Shown: piece by piece, positions 39,514 to 48,938 of the stretch
Layout: the number at the start of each line of letters is the position of its first letter
Position numbering within the stretch: the stretch's first letter is position 1
DNA from: Nanobdellati archaeon
GTDB lineage: Archaea; EX4484-52; GLR71
DNA length: 64,000 nt
NCBI GenBank assembly: GCA_019429125.1
Contig: JAHYJO010000001.1
Location: 32,001-96,000 of the forward strand
Direction: 5' to 3'
Made by a program: the position numbers and the translations under genes
Notes under the pieces: generated by a model
Told to the model about the DNA's origin: nothing
What the model saw: the letters and a program-made list of their open reading frames with translations, nothing else
Databases searched by the model: none

Positions 39514-40341
39514 TTATATTTTTTTTACTACTTTTAAATAGAATTCTTTGTCTTTTGGATGAGTTAGAAGTTCTGAAACTTTTTCTTTTTGTATCCATTT
39601 GGCTTCGGGATTGTGAGGGTCTGTAGGTCTAAGTTTTGTCTGGTCTGTCTCAAAGAGAAATATATGGATTGTTTTTAATTCTGTTGTGTCTACTTCTTTA
39701 GGGTTTTTACCAATTCTGTATCTTTTATAGCTTCCTAGGTCTTTTATCAGTTTAAGCTCGGTTATTCCTGTCTCTTCTTCAATCTCTCTTATGGCAGCTT
39801 GGAGTTTGTCTTCACCGGGTTCTATGTGGCCTTTAGGGAGTGACCAGGAAGTTCCTCTTTGGCTTACTACTACTACTTTGCTGTCGTTTACTACTATTCC
39901 ACCTGCAGTCTCTGTGTTTTTTGTAGGTATCATTTTTTGATTTATAAGTTCTTCCAGTTTTAATATTATTTCATTAATATTTTTTTCATTTCTTGTCAGA
40001 TAATCTGTCTTAACGAAAAAACCATTGTAATTTATTTTGTTCCTAATTAATCTTAATTCATCTAAAAAATATATATCTGATTTCTGAAATTTTGTATTGT
40101 ATGTGTCTCCTATATATTCGATAAGTGCTTTATGTGCGCCGTCACATTTTATTTTGTATCCATCAAGCATAAGAATTGAAGATATAAGTTCTGTTATTAT
40201 TTCATAATATCTTTCTACAATAAGTGAGGGATATTTTGAACTGTTTAGAGTTGACATCATTTCTTGTCTTTTAGTTGCCATGTTCATTAATGATTTGGCC
40301 TTTTCTTTGTCTGGTGTTATCTTAATCAATCTGTTTTTCAT
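39514..40341 (-). CDS. HEPN domain fused to an Ap4A-hydrolase-like Nudix domain
   Basis: N-terminal half has YY.I..L, GYK, HKALIEY and LRLIRNKINYNG (HEPN); C-terminal half has WSLPKGHIEPGE..LQAAIREIEEETGI (Nudix box). Confidence 0.85.
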   Translation of the reverse strand: MKNRLIKITPDKEKAKSLMNMATKRQEMMSTLNSSKYPSLIVERYYEIITELISSILMLDGYKIKCDGAHKALIEYIGDTYNTKFQKSDIYFLDELRLIRNKINYNGFFVKTDYLTRNEKNINEIILKLEELINQKMIPTKNTETAGGIVVNDSKVVVVSQRGTSWSLPKGHIEPGEDKLQAAIREIEEETGITELKLIKDLGSYKRYRIGKNPKEVDTTELKTIHIFLFETDQTKLRPTDPHNPEAKWIQKEKVSELLTHPKDKEFYLKVVKKI

Positions 40342-40880
40342 TAAAACACCTTCAAGTATCCATTTAAGACAATCCCATTTATTATGTTGTTTTTTAGTTC
40401 TTCACTGAGTATTCTGAAATTGTTGCAATAGAATATGTTTATTTTCCTTTTTAATCGTTTTTCATATTTATTTAGGTTAAGTTTGGTTTCTTCGCATAAT
40501 AAGAATAAATTAATATCACTCTCTTTTAGGTCTTCACCTTTTGATGCTGAACCGAATAGGATTATTACGTCGGGCATACATGTATCTTTTAGTAATGTAA
40601 GCAGACCTGAATTTTGAATGTCAAATATCATGTCTATTTTCTTTAGTGATCTGAATTTTTCGTTTTCTCTATTTGCCCAATATACTGGGTATTGATGTAT
40701 TCTGTGTTTTGATTTTATGACTAAATTTTCGGTTATAAGCTCATCTAAATATTTTTTTACAGATGTTGGTGCTATTTTTGAAATTCTGCTTATTTCTCTT
40801 AGTTGGAAACCTGCATCTTTTGGTGCGGGATTATCAAAAAAGACGTTTAAAACAGTCCATCTGTTATATTTTTGTAACAT
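40341..40880 (-). CDS. wHTH plus minimal nucleotidyltransferase (MNT); catalytic DxD changed to DxN
   Basis: LREISRISKIAPTSV HTH; LFGSASKGE...SDINL; TAATG overlap with the HEPN gene; alternative start at 40907. Confidence 0.9.
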   Translation of the reverse strand: MLQKYNRWTVLNVFFDNPAPKDAGFQLREISRISKIAPTSVKKYLDELITENLVIKSKHRIHQYPVYWANRENEKFRSLKKIDMIFDIQNSGLLTLLKDTCMPDVIILFGSASKGEDLKESDINLFLLCEETKLNLNKYEKRLKRKINIFYCNNFRILSEELKNNIINGIVLNGYLKVF

Positions 40881-40912
40881 ATGTAATAATATTGTTACAA
40901 TTGTCATATAAA
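40872..40912 (-). promoter_or_regulatory. Putative TATA box and palindromic operator of the MNT-HEPN operon
   Basis: ttgtaaca-N13-tgttacaa (40872-40900) overlaps the ATG at 40880; TTTATA on the minus strand at 40907-40912. Confidence 0.5.
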
Positions 40913-40929
40913 TGTTATGGTTGTGTTAA

Positions 40930-41943
40930 TTATTCTAATCTATATCTTAAAAAACAGATAATTCCACCAAGACCTATTAGTTTTTCACCTGCTTCATGTG
41001 TTGAGCCGATGACTTCAACTTTACCTGCTGTGTTTTCGACTGCATTAACAATATTTTGTATCTCTTCGTTTTTTATTATACTGTCTGAAACTATGACTTT
41101 ATCTATTGCACTCATAGTTGCTGCTTTTTTGACTTCGCTTATTCCATAAGTTACAAGATGGGAGTCTTTGCCAAGAGCTTCCAAGAATTTTTCAATTTCT
41201 TTTGTCTCTCTTGATATTTCTGAGGATTTTGCAATCAGGTCTACAAAACCACGTTTTATTACTTCATAGATGCCGGTCTCCCCTGTGACAGACGATATAC
41301 CCATTACACATTTATTGTTTAATGACGTGTTTTTTTCTATCAGTTTTGTGATGTTTTCTTTTGTGAATCCGGGGCCTGCAATGATTATCTTGTCATATCT
41401 TTTTGAGTATTCTTCGAGCGCCTTTATGATCTCTGAATAATATTTGTTGTTTTCATGCGTGTCAAACATTTTTCCTTTGTTTTCGGCTTCAATTGTTCCA
41501 AGCATGTTTACTTGTGTTGCCATCACTTCGCCAAAATCTGCCTTTCTTTCGTCAAGGACTAAAATGAGGATTGTTGTCTTTACGATTTTTGTGCATTTTT
41601 CAAGCTTGTCTATCTCATAATTTTTCCATTGTTTTGTTATAGATATTATGTCATTTGTTTGTATTCTGAAACTGTGATAGCCAAAACTTATGTCATCAGG
41701 ACCTTCCAGTATCTTTCCTTTAAGCCTTAATGATTCTGTCACTTCGTCAAATTCTACAGATTCAATTGATATCTTAAGGTACATTGGGCGTTTTTCTTTC
41801 TTGTCTGTTGTCTCTACAGTGCGGACTGTTTTTGTGCCTATAATGTCACCCTCAGATATAATTTTTGATAAGTTCCAGAGGTCATCTATTGTCTCGGCTT
41901 TGACTTTTGTCTCTTTTTTTAGATCTTTTGCGAGGATTTTCAT
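40930..41943 (-). CDS. pelA: mRNA surveillance protein pelota (Dom34)
   Basis: ETIDDLWNL, LRLKGKI, YHS, IIAGPGF, TYG..EV, HEAGEKL.GLGGI...LRY. Confidence 0.97.
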   Translation of the reverse strand: MKILAKDLKKETKVKAETIDDLWNLSKIISEGDIIGTKTVRTVETTDKKEKRPMYLKISIESVEFDEVTESLRLKGKILEGPDDISFGYHSFRIQTNDIISITKQWKNYEIDKLEKCTKIVKTTILILVLDERKADFGEVMATQVNMLGTIEAENKGKMFDTHENNKYYSEIIKALEEYSKRYDKIIIAGPGFTKENITKLIEKNTSLNNKCVMGISSVTGETGIYEVIKRGFVDLIAKSSEISRETKEIEKFLEALGKDSHLVTYGISEVKKAATMSAIDKVIVSDSIIKNEEIQNIVNAVENTAGKVEVIGSTHEAGEKLIGLGGIICFLRYRLE

Positions 41944-42040
41944 AAATCATCACTTTTTATATCAATTAATCATCAATATTTAAAAACTGATGACAACAAA
42001 TATATACAGATACAGGTATTTAATTATATAGGTAATATAA

Positions 42041-43237
42041 ATGGCAGTTATAAAGCCCGCACCAACGGAACCGTTCACATTTGTGTTTGCAGCGGCAGTA
42101 GTGATATTTTTTACGTTATTTCTGCTTTTTGGGCAGGAACCTCTAACTGATACAACCTCTGATAATCCCATTACAATATCTGATAAAGGTGAAATCATAT
42201 TTTTTGCAGATTCTTTAAATCTTATATCTAATAAGACACAGAGCGCAAGGACTGTTGATTTTGGGGATTTTGATGTGGGTCACATTTCAAAAGAAAGGAT
42301 TGTAGAGAGCATTGATTCACTTTTGGTTGAGAAAGGGCTATTTAAATCAGCGTCAAAAGAATTTAGTTTTGATGGCGCAACTCTTGAAAATGCTCATTTG
42401 GTGTTTACTGTTTCTGATACTAATGAGTATGGCAATCTGAGGATATATTTAAATGATAAACCTATTTTTGATAATAAGACTGTCAAAGGTGCAGAATATA
42501 CTGTTGAATTTAACAATCTCTTGGCACAAAATTATATCCGTATTGAGAGTCAGTCAAGTGGTATACGATTCTGGGCACCTGCAACTTATTTGCTTTCTGA
42601 TGTGAAAGTTTCTGCTGCATCTTTTGATAATGTTGACAAGATGTACTCATTTATTGTCTATGATTATGAGATGGCTGGTTTTGATGCTATGTTGAGTTAT
42701 GAGGTAGGGGCTGGTTCAGTAAGACTTGATGACATGAATGTTGAGATTAATGGAAATGATATCAATAGTGAAAAAAGGCCAATGTTCGGAATTCTCTATA
42801 AGGAAACTTTTGATAGAACTGACGGCGTTATAGCTTCTAAGCCCGATACTAATTACATCAAATTCTTTGCTGATGGTGAGGCAATGTATGAGGTTGAGGG
42901 TGCACAATTGACAATAACTTATTTTGATTCTGATAAGGCTGCGGTGTCTGAGTATACTGTAGTTATTGATGAAGATACTTATGACAAGATGGCTAACAAG
43001 ACAATAGTATTGGAATATTATGCTGATAAAGTGTCAAATGATGCGCTTTTAGATGTCTCTTTGAATGAACAGATGTTCAATCATAAGACTGTAGTTTATG
43101 AGAACCAGATTGTTTTGAGTCAGGATAATTTCAGGCGTGGCAAGACTAATTTGCTTAAGTTTTCAACTTATGGGATATACAAGATTTCAGATATTGATAT
43201 AAGAATAGTTGAAGATAAGAATTTTAAGTTGTTTTAG
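42041..43237 (+). CDS. N-terminally anchored beta-rich extracellular protein
   Basis: N-terminal TM; GNLRIYLND and SSGIRFWAPATY motifs. Confidence 0.75.
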   Translation: MAVIKPAPTEPFTFVFAAAVVIFFTLFLLFGQEPLTDTTSDNPITISDKGEIIFFADSLNLISNKTQSARTVDFGDFDVGHISKERIVESIDSLLVEKGLFKSASKEFSFDGATLENAHLVFTVSDTNEYGNLRIYLNDKPIFDNKTVKGAEYTVEFNNLLAQNYIRIESQSSGIRFWAPATYLLSDVKVSAASFDNVDKMYSFIVYDYEMAGFDAMLSYEVGAGSVRLDDMNVEINGNDINSEKRPMFGILYKETFDRTDGVIASKPDTNYIKFFADGEAMYEVEGAQLTITYFDSDKAAVSEYTVVIDEDTYDKMANKTIVLEYYADKVSNDALLDVSLNEQMFNHKTVVYENQIVLSQDNFRRGKTNLLKFSTYGIYKISDIDIRIVEDKNFKLF

Positions 43238-43331
43238 GTGTTTTGTTGGGTGATGGAGATATTTACAGGATTGTGTGATTATGTTTTATGAGCTGTTTTT
43301 TTGTGTTAGTGTTATGATTTGAGGTTTTTGG

Positions 43332-45281
43332 ATGGATGCTGTTATAGATGAGATGGAGCACAAACGGATTGAATTAACACAGAAAGCGGCTGCTGTGCAG
43401 TTTGAAATTAATGATTTGAATACAAAAATTAGTTCAAGAAAAATGCAAATTCAAAATTTTAAAAATCAAGGTAATAATTTGTTAGTAAATTCTACTTTTC
43501 AAAGTATGAAAGCTCTTCAGTACAGGGTTGGTGCAAAAGAACGGATTCTTAAATCTTTGGAAAATGAGATTAATAATCTTCGGAATGCTGAAGTCAGTGA
43601 AGTTAAGGAAGAAGCTAAAGTTGAAGAAGAGGGTATTAAGTCGGGAAATAAATATTTAGCGGGTGCAATGGCTACTCATGGTTATATTAAAAATGTTCAT
43701 GGGCGTTTTAAAGGTTTTAATCTTTTTTTTTATTTAATTGTTATTCTTGCTCTATATATTGATATTTTTAGTGTTTCAAGTACACCTTTTGGTGTGATGG
43801 TTATACCTTTTTTAGGTGTTATTCCTGTATTTATCCTAATTGAACTTTTTTTTATAGTCTGGTTTTTTATTGAGACAAAGGATGCTGGCAGTCTTGTTCT
43901 TATTTCTATAATTTTTGCGTTAAAGAGAATTATACCTATTTTTATGGATGTACCTTTTGAAAGTTATTTAAAATATGTTCCATTTTTAATTGTTATATTA
44001 CTAATTAAATATAAATTACCTTATGAAGGTGGGGGTACTTCTGTAAATTTAAGAAGTATTATATGGACAAGTGTACTTTTTGTAATTTTTGCTATTATAA
44101 TATCTCTAATACCTATGGTGACATCTTTGCCATCTTATTGGGGTATTGAAACTGCATCTGTAGCGTCTTATGATACAACTGCACCAGATAGTTCTTCAAC
44201 GTCTTCTGCAGTGCCGGGGATATCAGATTTATGGTGTAAGATTGCTCCTATATTTTGTGATACGTCTACAGATACATCTGGTGATAATTCTAATATGGTG
44301 GGTAGTGGTGGAACTTCGGATGGGACTGTGAATACAGTTGATTTAGCTTTAGCTGTTCCTTTGAAAACTATTTCAACGAGGGTTGATGATTTAGTGTCTA
44401 CTGGTGAGTTTAATTGGGAAATAAAAAATGATGGTTTAAAATCAATTGATAGTGTATTATTTTTGATGGATGGTTCTCAAATACATGGTAATCATAGTGG
44501 TGAAATATATGATTTAGCCAGGGGGTATAATTCTCTATCAGATAGGCTAGAATATTCTGGAATTGACATTGATGATGGATTATTTTATAAATCATTGGGC
44601 TTGATTCCTCAAGGAAGAATAAGTTCAATAAATGTTGAATTTGGTAGTCCTGAATGTTCACTTACACAATTTAAAGCTCCAGTGTATTTATTATATACTT
44701 ATGAGATTGATTCTAATATTATGCTTACTTTAGGAAGTAAGGATTGGTGGAATAAACTTGATGAGCAAGGTGTTGCACCTAAATTGAATCCTACTAAATC
44801 AGTTTCGACTGTAGGACCGTTTTCTATATCTATTTATCCTGGTGAAATAAAACAACCGGTTCTTATTGATAAAGATGAATCTTTTAAAATATTTATTGAA
44901 ATATCTAAGAATCATCCGGGACGTGCAGCAATAAGTAGTTTTGATATATATCTCTCTCCTAAGCTTGTACCTCAAGATATTGATACTACTAGGTGTTCTT
45001 TTGTAGGTTCTACTTCTGATTCATCTTCAAATTTGGATTCGTATGTTCTGAGAGATATATTATTTAATCGAATAAATACTGCAGATCTTAGTTTAAATAA
45101 TGGATTAAATCAGGATATGGAATATAAATGTTCATTTAAATATGATTCTGCGGATTTTGATAAGGATTTTAGTGGTGGTTCTGTTCAAAGGTATATAGGT
45201 GTACATGTAGAGTATACATATATTTATGATGGTCTTTTTATCTTAAATACTGGCAATTTTACTGATATTGATGTTTGTTAA
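43332..45281 (+). CDS. Coiled-coil plus multi-TM protein with a C-terminal domain related to the downstream lipoproteins
   Basis: aa 1-100 coiled coil; about 5 TMs; Ser/Thr linker; LYTYEIDS, VGPFSISI and VEYTY motifs. Confidence 0.75.
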   Translation: MDAVIDEMEHKRIELTQKAAAVQFEINDLNTKISSRKMQIQNFKNQGNNLLVNSTFQSMKALQYRVGAKERILKSLENEINNLRNAEVSEVKEEAKVEEEGIKSGNKYLAGAMATHGYIKNVHGRFKGFNLFFYLIVILALYIDIFSVSSTPFGVMVIPFLGVIPVFILIELFFIVWFFIETKDAGSLVLISIIFALKRIIPIFMDVPFESYLKYVPFLIVILLIKYKLPYEGGGTSVNLRSIIWTSVLFVIFAIIISLIPMVTSLPSYWGIETASVASYDTTAPDSSSTSSAVPGISDLWCKIAPIFCDTSTDTSGDNSNMVGSGGTSDGTVNTVDLALAVPLKTISTRVDDLVSTGEFNWEIKNDGLKSIDSVLFLMDGSQIHGNHSGEIYDLARGYNSLSDRLEYSGIDIDDGLFYKSLGLIPQGRISSINVEFGSPECSLTQFKAPVYLLYTYEIDSNIMLTLGSKDWWNKLDEQGVAPKLNPTKSVSTVGPFSISIYPGEIKQPVLIDKDESFKIFIEISKNHPGRAAISSFDIYLSPKLVPQDIDTTRCSFVGSTSDSSSNLDSYVLRDILFNRINTADLSLNNGLNQDMEYKCSFKYDSADFDKDFSGGSVQRYIGVHVEYTYIYDGLFILNTGNFTDIDVC

Positions 45282-45332
45282 ATGTGATATTTTGTGAATG
45301 ATATATAAACAATCTAGCCCTAAATATATATT

Positions 45333-46274
45333 ATGAATAAAGGGATTATGTTTTTGGTTTTTTTTATTTTGGTTATTAGTGGCTGTACAGGTGATGGTAA
45401 TAGTAATGGTGGTTTATCTGTTTCAGGAAATAAAGATACTGAAATACTTGCAATTGATATTCTTTCAATAAATGATTTTGAAATTATTCCTTCTGAACAA
45501 CTTACTCCTGGTAAATCTTTTATACTACGGCTTGAAGCGGAGAATATTGGTAATAATCCTGTAACACTTAAAGTTGATGATTTTGGAAGTTATGATGGTG
45601 ATAAGATTCTTTATGATTATTGTTCTGATATATTTAGCTTAGATGACTCTACCACTTCATTTCGATTGAATCCGTCACCTGTTGGTATTCATAATGATAT
45701 TGAGATTAAATCAAATGCTTTGCAGTTTTTTGAATGGAGAATGAAAACATCTGATGATTTAAACACAATGAATGATGCAGGTATTACTTGTAATTTTATG
45801 TCTCAATTGTCTTATGATGCGGTTGCTTCAACAAATACTTATGTTTATTTTGCAACACCATTTGAGATACTACGAAGTTTTTATACAAAGCAAAATATGT
45901 ATCTTTTAGGAAGTAATATTGCAACAAATGGACCTTTGAAAATAAATATAGTGACTGATTATGAACAACCTATTGCAATCGATAATAATGCATGGACAAT
46001 ATCTATAAATATTGAAAATGTCGGTGATGGTCTTGCTGAGATTATAAGTCTCAATCTTGTGCAACCTAAAGAAATTAGTTATGATATAAATTTTGAGTGC
46101 GATCTTAATAAGGCTGAGAATCTTGATATTTATAAAGGGGGTTCTGATTTTATAACTTGTATGTTTACACCACCTCATGAAGATGTACTTATTGCTACTG
46201 CTTATAAGATTAAGGCTGTGGCAAAGTATACATATACAGTTACTGATAGTATTCAAGTAACTGTCAAGCCGTAA
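45333..46274 (+). CDS. Putative lipoprotein (paralogue 1)
   Basis: LVISGC lipobox-like motif; ENIG, LSYDA...T, NGPLKI, AKYTY. Confidence 0.75.
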   Translation: MNKGIMFLVFFILVISGCTGDGNSNGGLSVSGNKDTEILAIDILSINDFEIIPSEQLTPGKSFILRLEAENIGNNPVTLKVDDFGSYDGDKILYDYCSDIFSLDDSTTSFRLNPSPVGIHNDIEIKSNALQFFEWRMKTSDDLNTMNDAGITCNFMSQLSYDAVASTNTYVYFATPFEILRSFYTKQNMYLLGSNIATNGPLKINIVTDYEQPIAIDNNAWTISINIENVGDGLAEIISLNLVQPKEISYDINFECDLNKAENLDIYKGGSDFITCMFTPPHEDVLIATAYKIKAVAKYTYTVTDSIQVTVKP

Positions 46275-46351
46275 ATATTGTTTTTATGGAATATAACCAA
46301 AAAGTATATATAGGGGGTATAATAAAGTTATTATTGTTAGCTGGTGATATA

Positions 46352-47347
46352 ATGTCTTTGAATATCAGAAAAATGTTTGTGTATGTGATGGTTTTTATGA
46401 CTGTTTTTGTACTTGGTTGTACTGGCAGTGGAAATATGACCTCGGGAGCATCGGATGTTGGTGTTGTGATAACTGAATTTATGTTTGATACTCCTGCTGT
46501 ATATCATAAAGATCAAGTAAATTTATGGCTTGTCCTTGAAAATCAGGGTGCAAAACAGGTTGCAGGTGATACTTCTGTGTTTATATATGGACAGACAATA
46601 TCTACTACTAATAAATCTTGGCAAGTATTTGGTGTACCTTCTTTAGAGCCTAAAACAGAGGATAGTAATATGGATTCTGTAACTTTGGAGGGTTCATGGA
46701 AAATACCGAATTATGATTTCCTTCCACCACAGCCTGATATGGGTGTGCCTGGTGGTGTTGCTACGTTTGAAGCAACAATGGTTGCACCTGAATTAGAACA
46801 AGGTGAATCAACACAATATACATTTTATACAAGGGTGTGTTATCCATATGAAACAAGCATGTTATCAACTGTTACTTCAAGTTCTAGGCAAGAAATGAGG
46901 ATACAGCAGGATACAAGTGCAGTTGAGAATGTAAATACTGCTGGACCTATTCATGTTAATCTTGCAGGACAACAGAACATTGTTGCAAGAGGCAGTACAA
47001 TCCCTGTAATTTTCACAATAACTGATGTTGGTGGTGGGTTCTCGACATCTATGGGGACTGTATGTGCTTCAACTCCTAGTAGTATGGATCGCGGTAAAGT
47101 TGATGTTAAAATTGAGGTTGAAGGTGTAATACTTGATGGTAGTAATACAATGCCTTATGGTGATGCTAATGGGACTCCTAACTGTAATAAAACAGTTAAA
47201 TTAATAAATGGTCAAGCAGAGATGAGATGTTCTATACCTGTTGATCCTAATCAACCTACAAGAGAATATCATATTCGTGCTGTTGCTGAATATAAGTATT
47301 ATGTTGGTAGTGATGCACCGATAACAGTTGATTACATTTCGGATTAA
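46352..47347 (+). CDS. Putative lipoprotein (paralogue 2)
   Basis: GGTGA RBS; FVLGC; ENQGAK, RVCYPYET, TAGPIHV, DVGGG, AEYKY. Confidence 0.8.
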   Translation: MSLNIRKMFVYVMVFMTVFVLGCTGSGNMTSGASDVGVVITEFMFDTPAVYHKDQVNLWLVLENQGAKQVAGDTSVFIYGQTISTTNKSWQVFGVPSLEPKTEDSNMDSVTLEGSWKIPNYDFLPPQPDMGVPGGVATFEATMVAPELEQGESTQYTFYTRVCYPYETSMLSTVTSSSRQEMRIQQDTSAVENVNTAGPIHVNLAGQQNIVARGSTIPVIFTITDVGGGFSTSMGTVCASTPSSMDRGKVDVKIEVEGVILDGSNTMPYGDANGTPNCNKTVKLINGQAEMRCSIPVDPNQPTREYHIRAVAEYKYYVGSDAPITVDYISD

Positions 47348-47440
47348 TCATCTCTCTTTTTTTTTATTTTTTCAATAGTTCTCTTATTTTTTTGGTTTTT
47401 GTATTTAATCTATTTAAATATGGGTGATACAAGAATTAGT

Positions 47441-48445
47441 ATGAGTTCTAATAGTCATTCTTATATCTATTTATTTGTTGCAGTTGTGCTTTTTTTATCA
47501 GGATGCACTGGTGATACTTATTCAACAGGGAGTTCATCTTCAGGTTTTTCAGGTTATGGTAACGGAATAAAGATACAATCTTTCGGGTTTTCGTCAGATA
47601 AGGTCTATAGTGGTATTCCTGCAGTCCTTTCTGTTGAAATGCAAAATCTTGGTGCAAAAGATACAGAAAATATTTATGTGTATCTTTATGGGTTGAGCAG
47701 GGGTGAGAATGAGTGGTTCAATGATATTTCTGATATAGATTATAGTGGTGCTGAGATGGCTTCAGGAGACCCTAGGATACTTGTTATTGATTCACTTATG
47801 GCACCTGTTAAAAGTATGGATTCAAGTGGTGAGTCTGCATATATCTCATGGGTCATGGATGCACCTCGAGATCTGCCTGAGGAACAGGTGTTTAAGTATT
47901 CAGCAGGAGTACGTATATGTTATCCTTATGAAACAACAGCTGTTGCTAAAATTGAGGTTTTAGGCAAAGAAGAATATCTTTCAAGGAATAGTAATGGTCG
48001 TCTTAAAATGCATCCTATTGTACTTTCTACAACAGCAGGACCTATTGAAGTTGTTATGACAACAGAACAGCCCATGCTGCTTACAGAGGGGGATAAATTG
48101 ACATTTAGGGCAAAGCTTGTTGATCGTGGTGGTGGCACAATTACTATGAATGATTGTATTGGTGCGGTTGATTGGGAAAATAATGTTCTTGACCTTTTTA
48201 CGCTTCATGATAAGGTTATTATTACATTGGGGGGTAGAGATTGCGAGTTAGGTCTTCGGGAATTATATTTTAAAATTTCAAATTCGGAGCCACCAACAGC
48301 GGACTTTCCTGTAACTTGTAGTGTTCCATCATTTGATACTCCCGAACTTAGTCTTGATCTCGCTATGAAGCTTGATTACAATTACTTTATTGACAAGAGT
48401 GCAGTAATCAGTGTTGAGGGCATGGGTGAAAAAAAACTTGAATAG
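47441..48445 (+). CDS. Putative lipoprotein (paralogue 3)
   Basis: LFLSGC; QNLGAK, RICYPYET, TAGPIEV, DRGGG, LDYNY; start could be 47420. Confidence 0.8.
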   Translation: MSSNSHSYIYLFVAVVLFLSGCTGDTYSTGSSSSGFSGYGNGIKIQSFGFSSDKVYSGIPAVLSVEMQNLGAKDTENIYVYLYGLSRGENEWFNDISDIDYSGAEMASGDPRILVIDSLMAPVKSMDSSGESAYISWVMDAPRDLPEEQVFKYSAGVRICYPYETTAVAKIEVLGKEEYLSRNSNGRLKMHPIVLSTTAGPIEVVMTTEQPMLLTEGDKLTFRAKLVDRGGGTITMNDCIGAVDWENNVLDLFTLHDKVIITLGGRDCELGLRELYFKISNSEPPTADFPVTCSVPSFDTPELSLDLAMKLDYNYFIDKSAVISVEGMGEKKLE

Positions 48446-48466
48446 AGGATTTAATTGTTATAGTGT

Positions 48467-48896
48467 CATAACTTTGACATTTATGACCTTTTTTATTTTT
48501 TAGCGTTTTTTCAAAACCTGAATTTGACAGATATTAGTATTTTAATTGATTGCGTTTATTACGTTTTTTCACACATTTTTTAATACTTTATTTGACAGTT
48601 TGTATGCCAAAGTCAAAATATTGTATTATTGTTTGATCTATATCGAAATTCAGATTTAATCTTTAATAAAAATTGATAAAATTCACAAAAATTAGCCAAA
48701 TGAATTTGACATTTGGGCTAAAATTCACAAAAATTATGAAAAAAAGAGACATTTAGTCTTATTTTTATCCAAAAATTAGTATATTTTACTAAAAAATAAA
48801 GAAATTTCATGATTAACTCAAGCAAAAATGCTCAAAAATTGCCAACTGTCAAATAGGTTTTCAGAATTAAATAGAGATTAAACTGTCAAACTTAGG
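48467..48896. mobile_element. MITE family A, copy 2 (430 bp, no nested insertion)
   Basis: TIR cataactttgaca / tgtcaaacttagg; flanks atagtgt/atagtat (possible imperfect TSD); homologous to 2014-2708. Confidence 0.85.
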
Positions 48897-48938
48897 ATAG
48901 TATATAAAAAATAAAAAAAGAGAAGGTATGGGGGGTTT

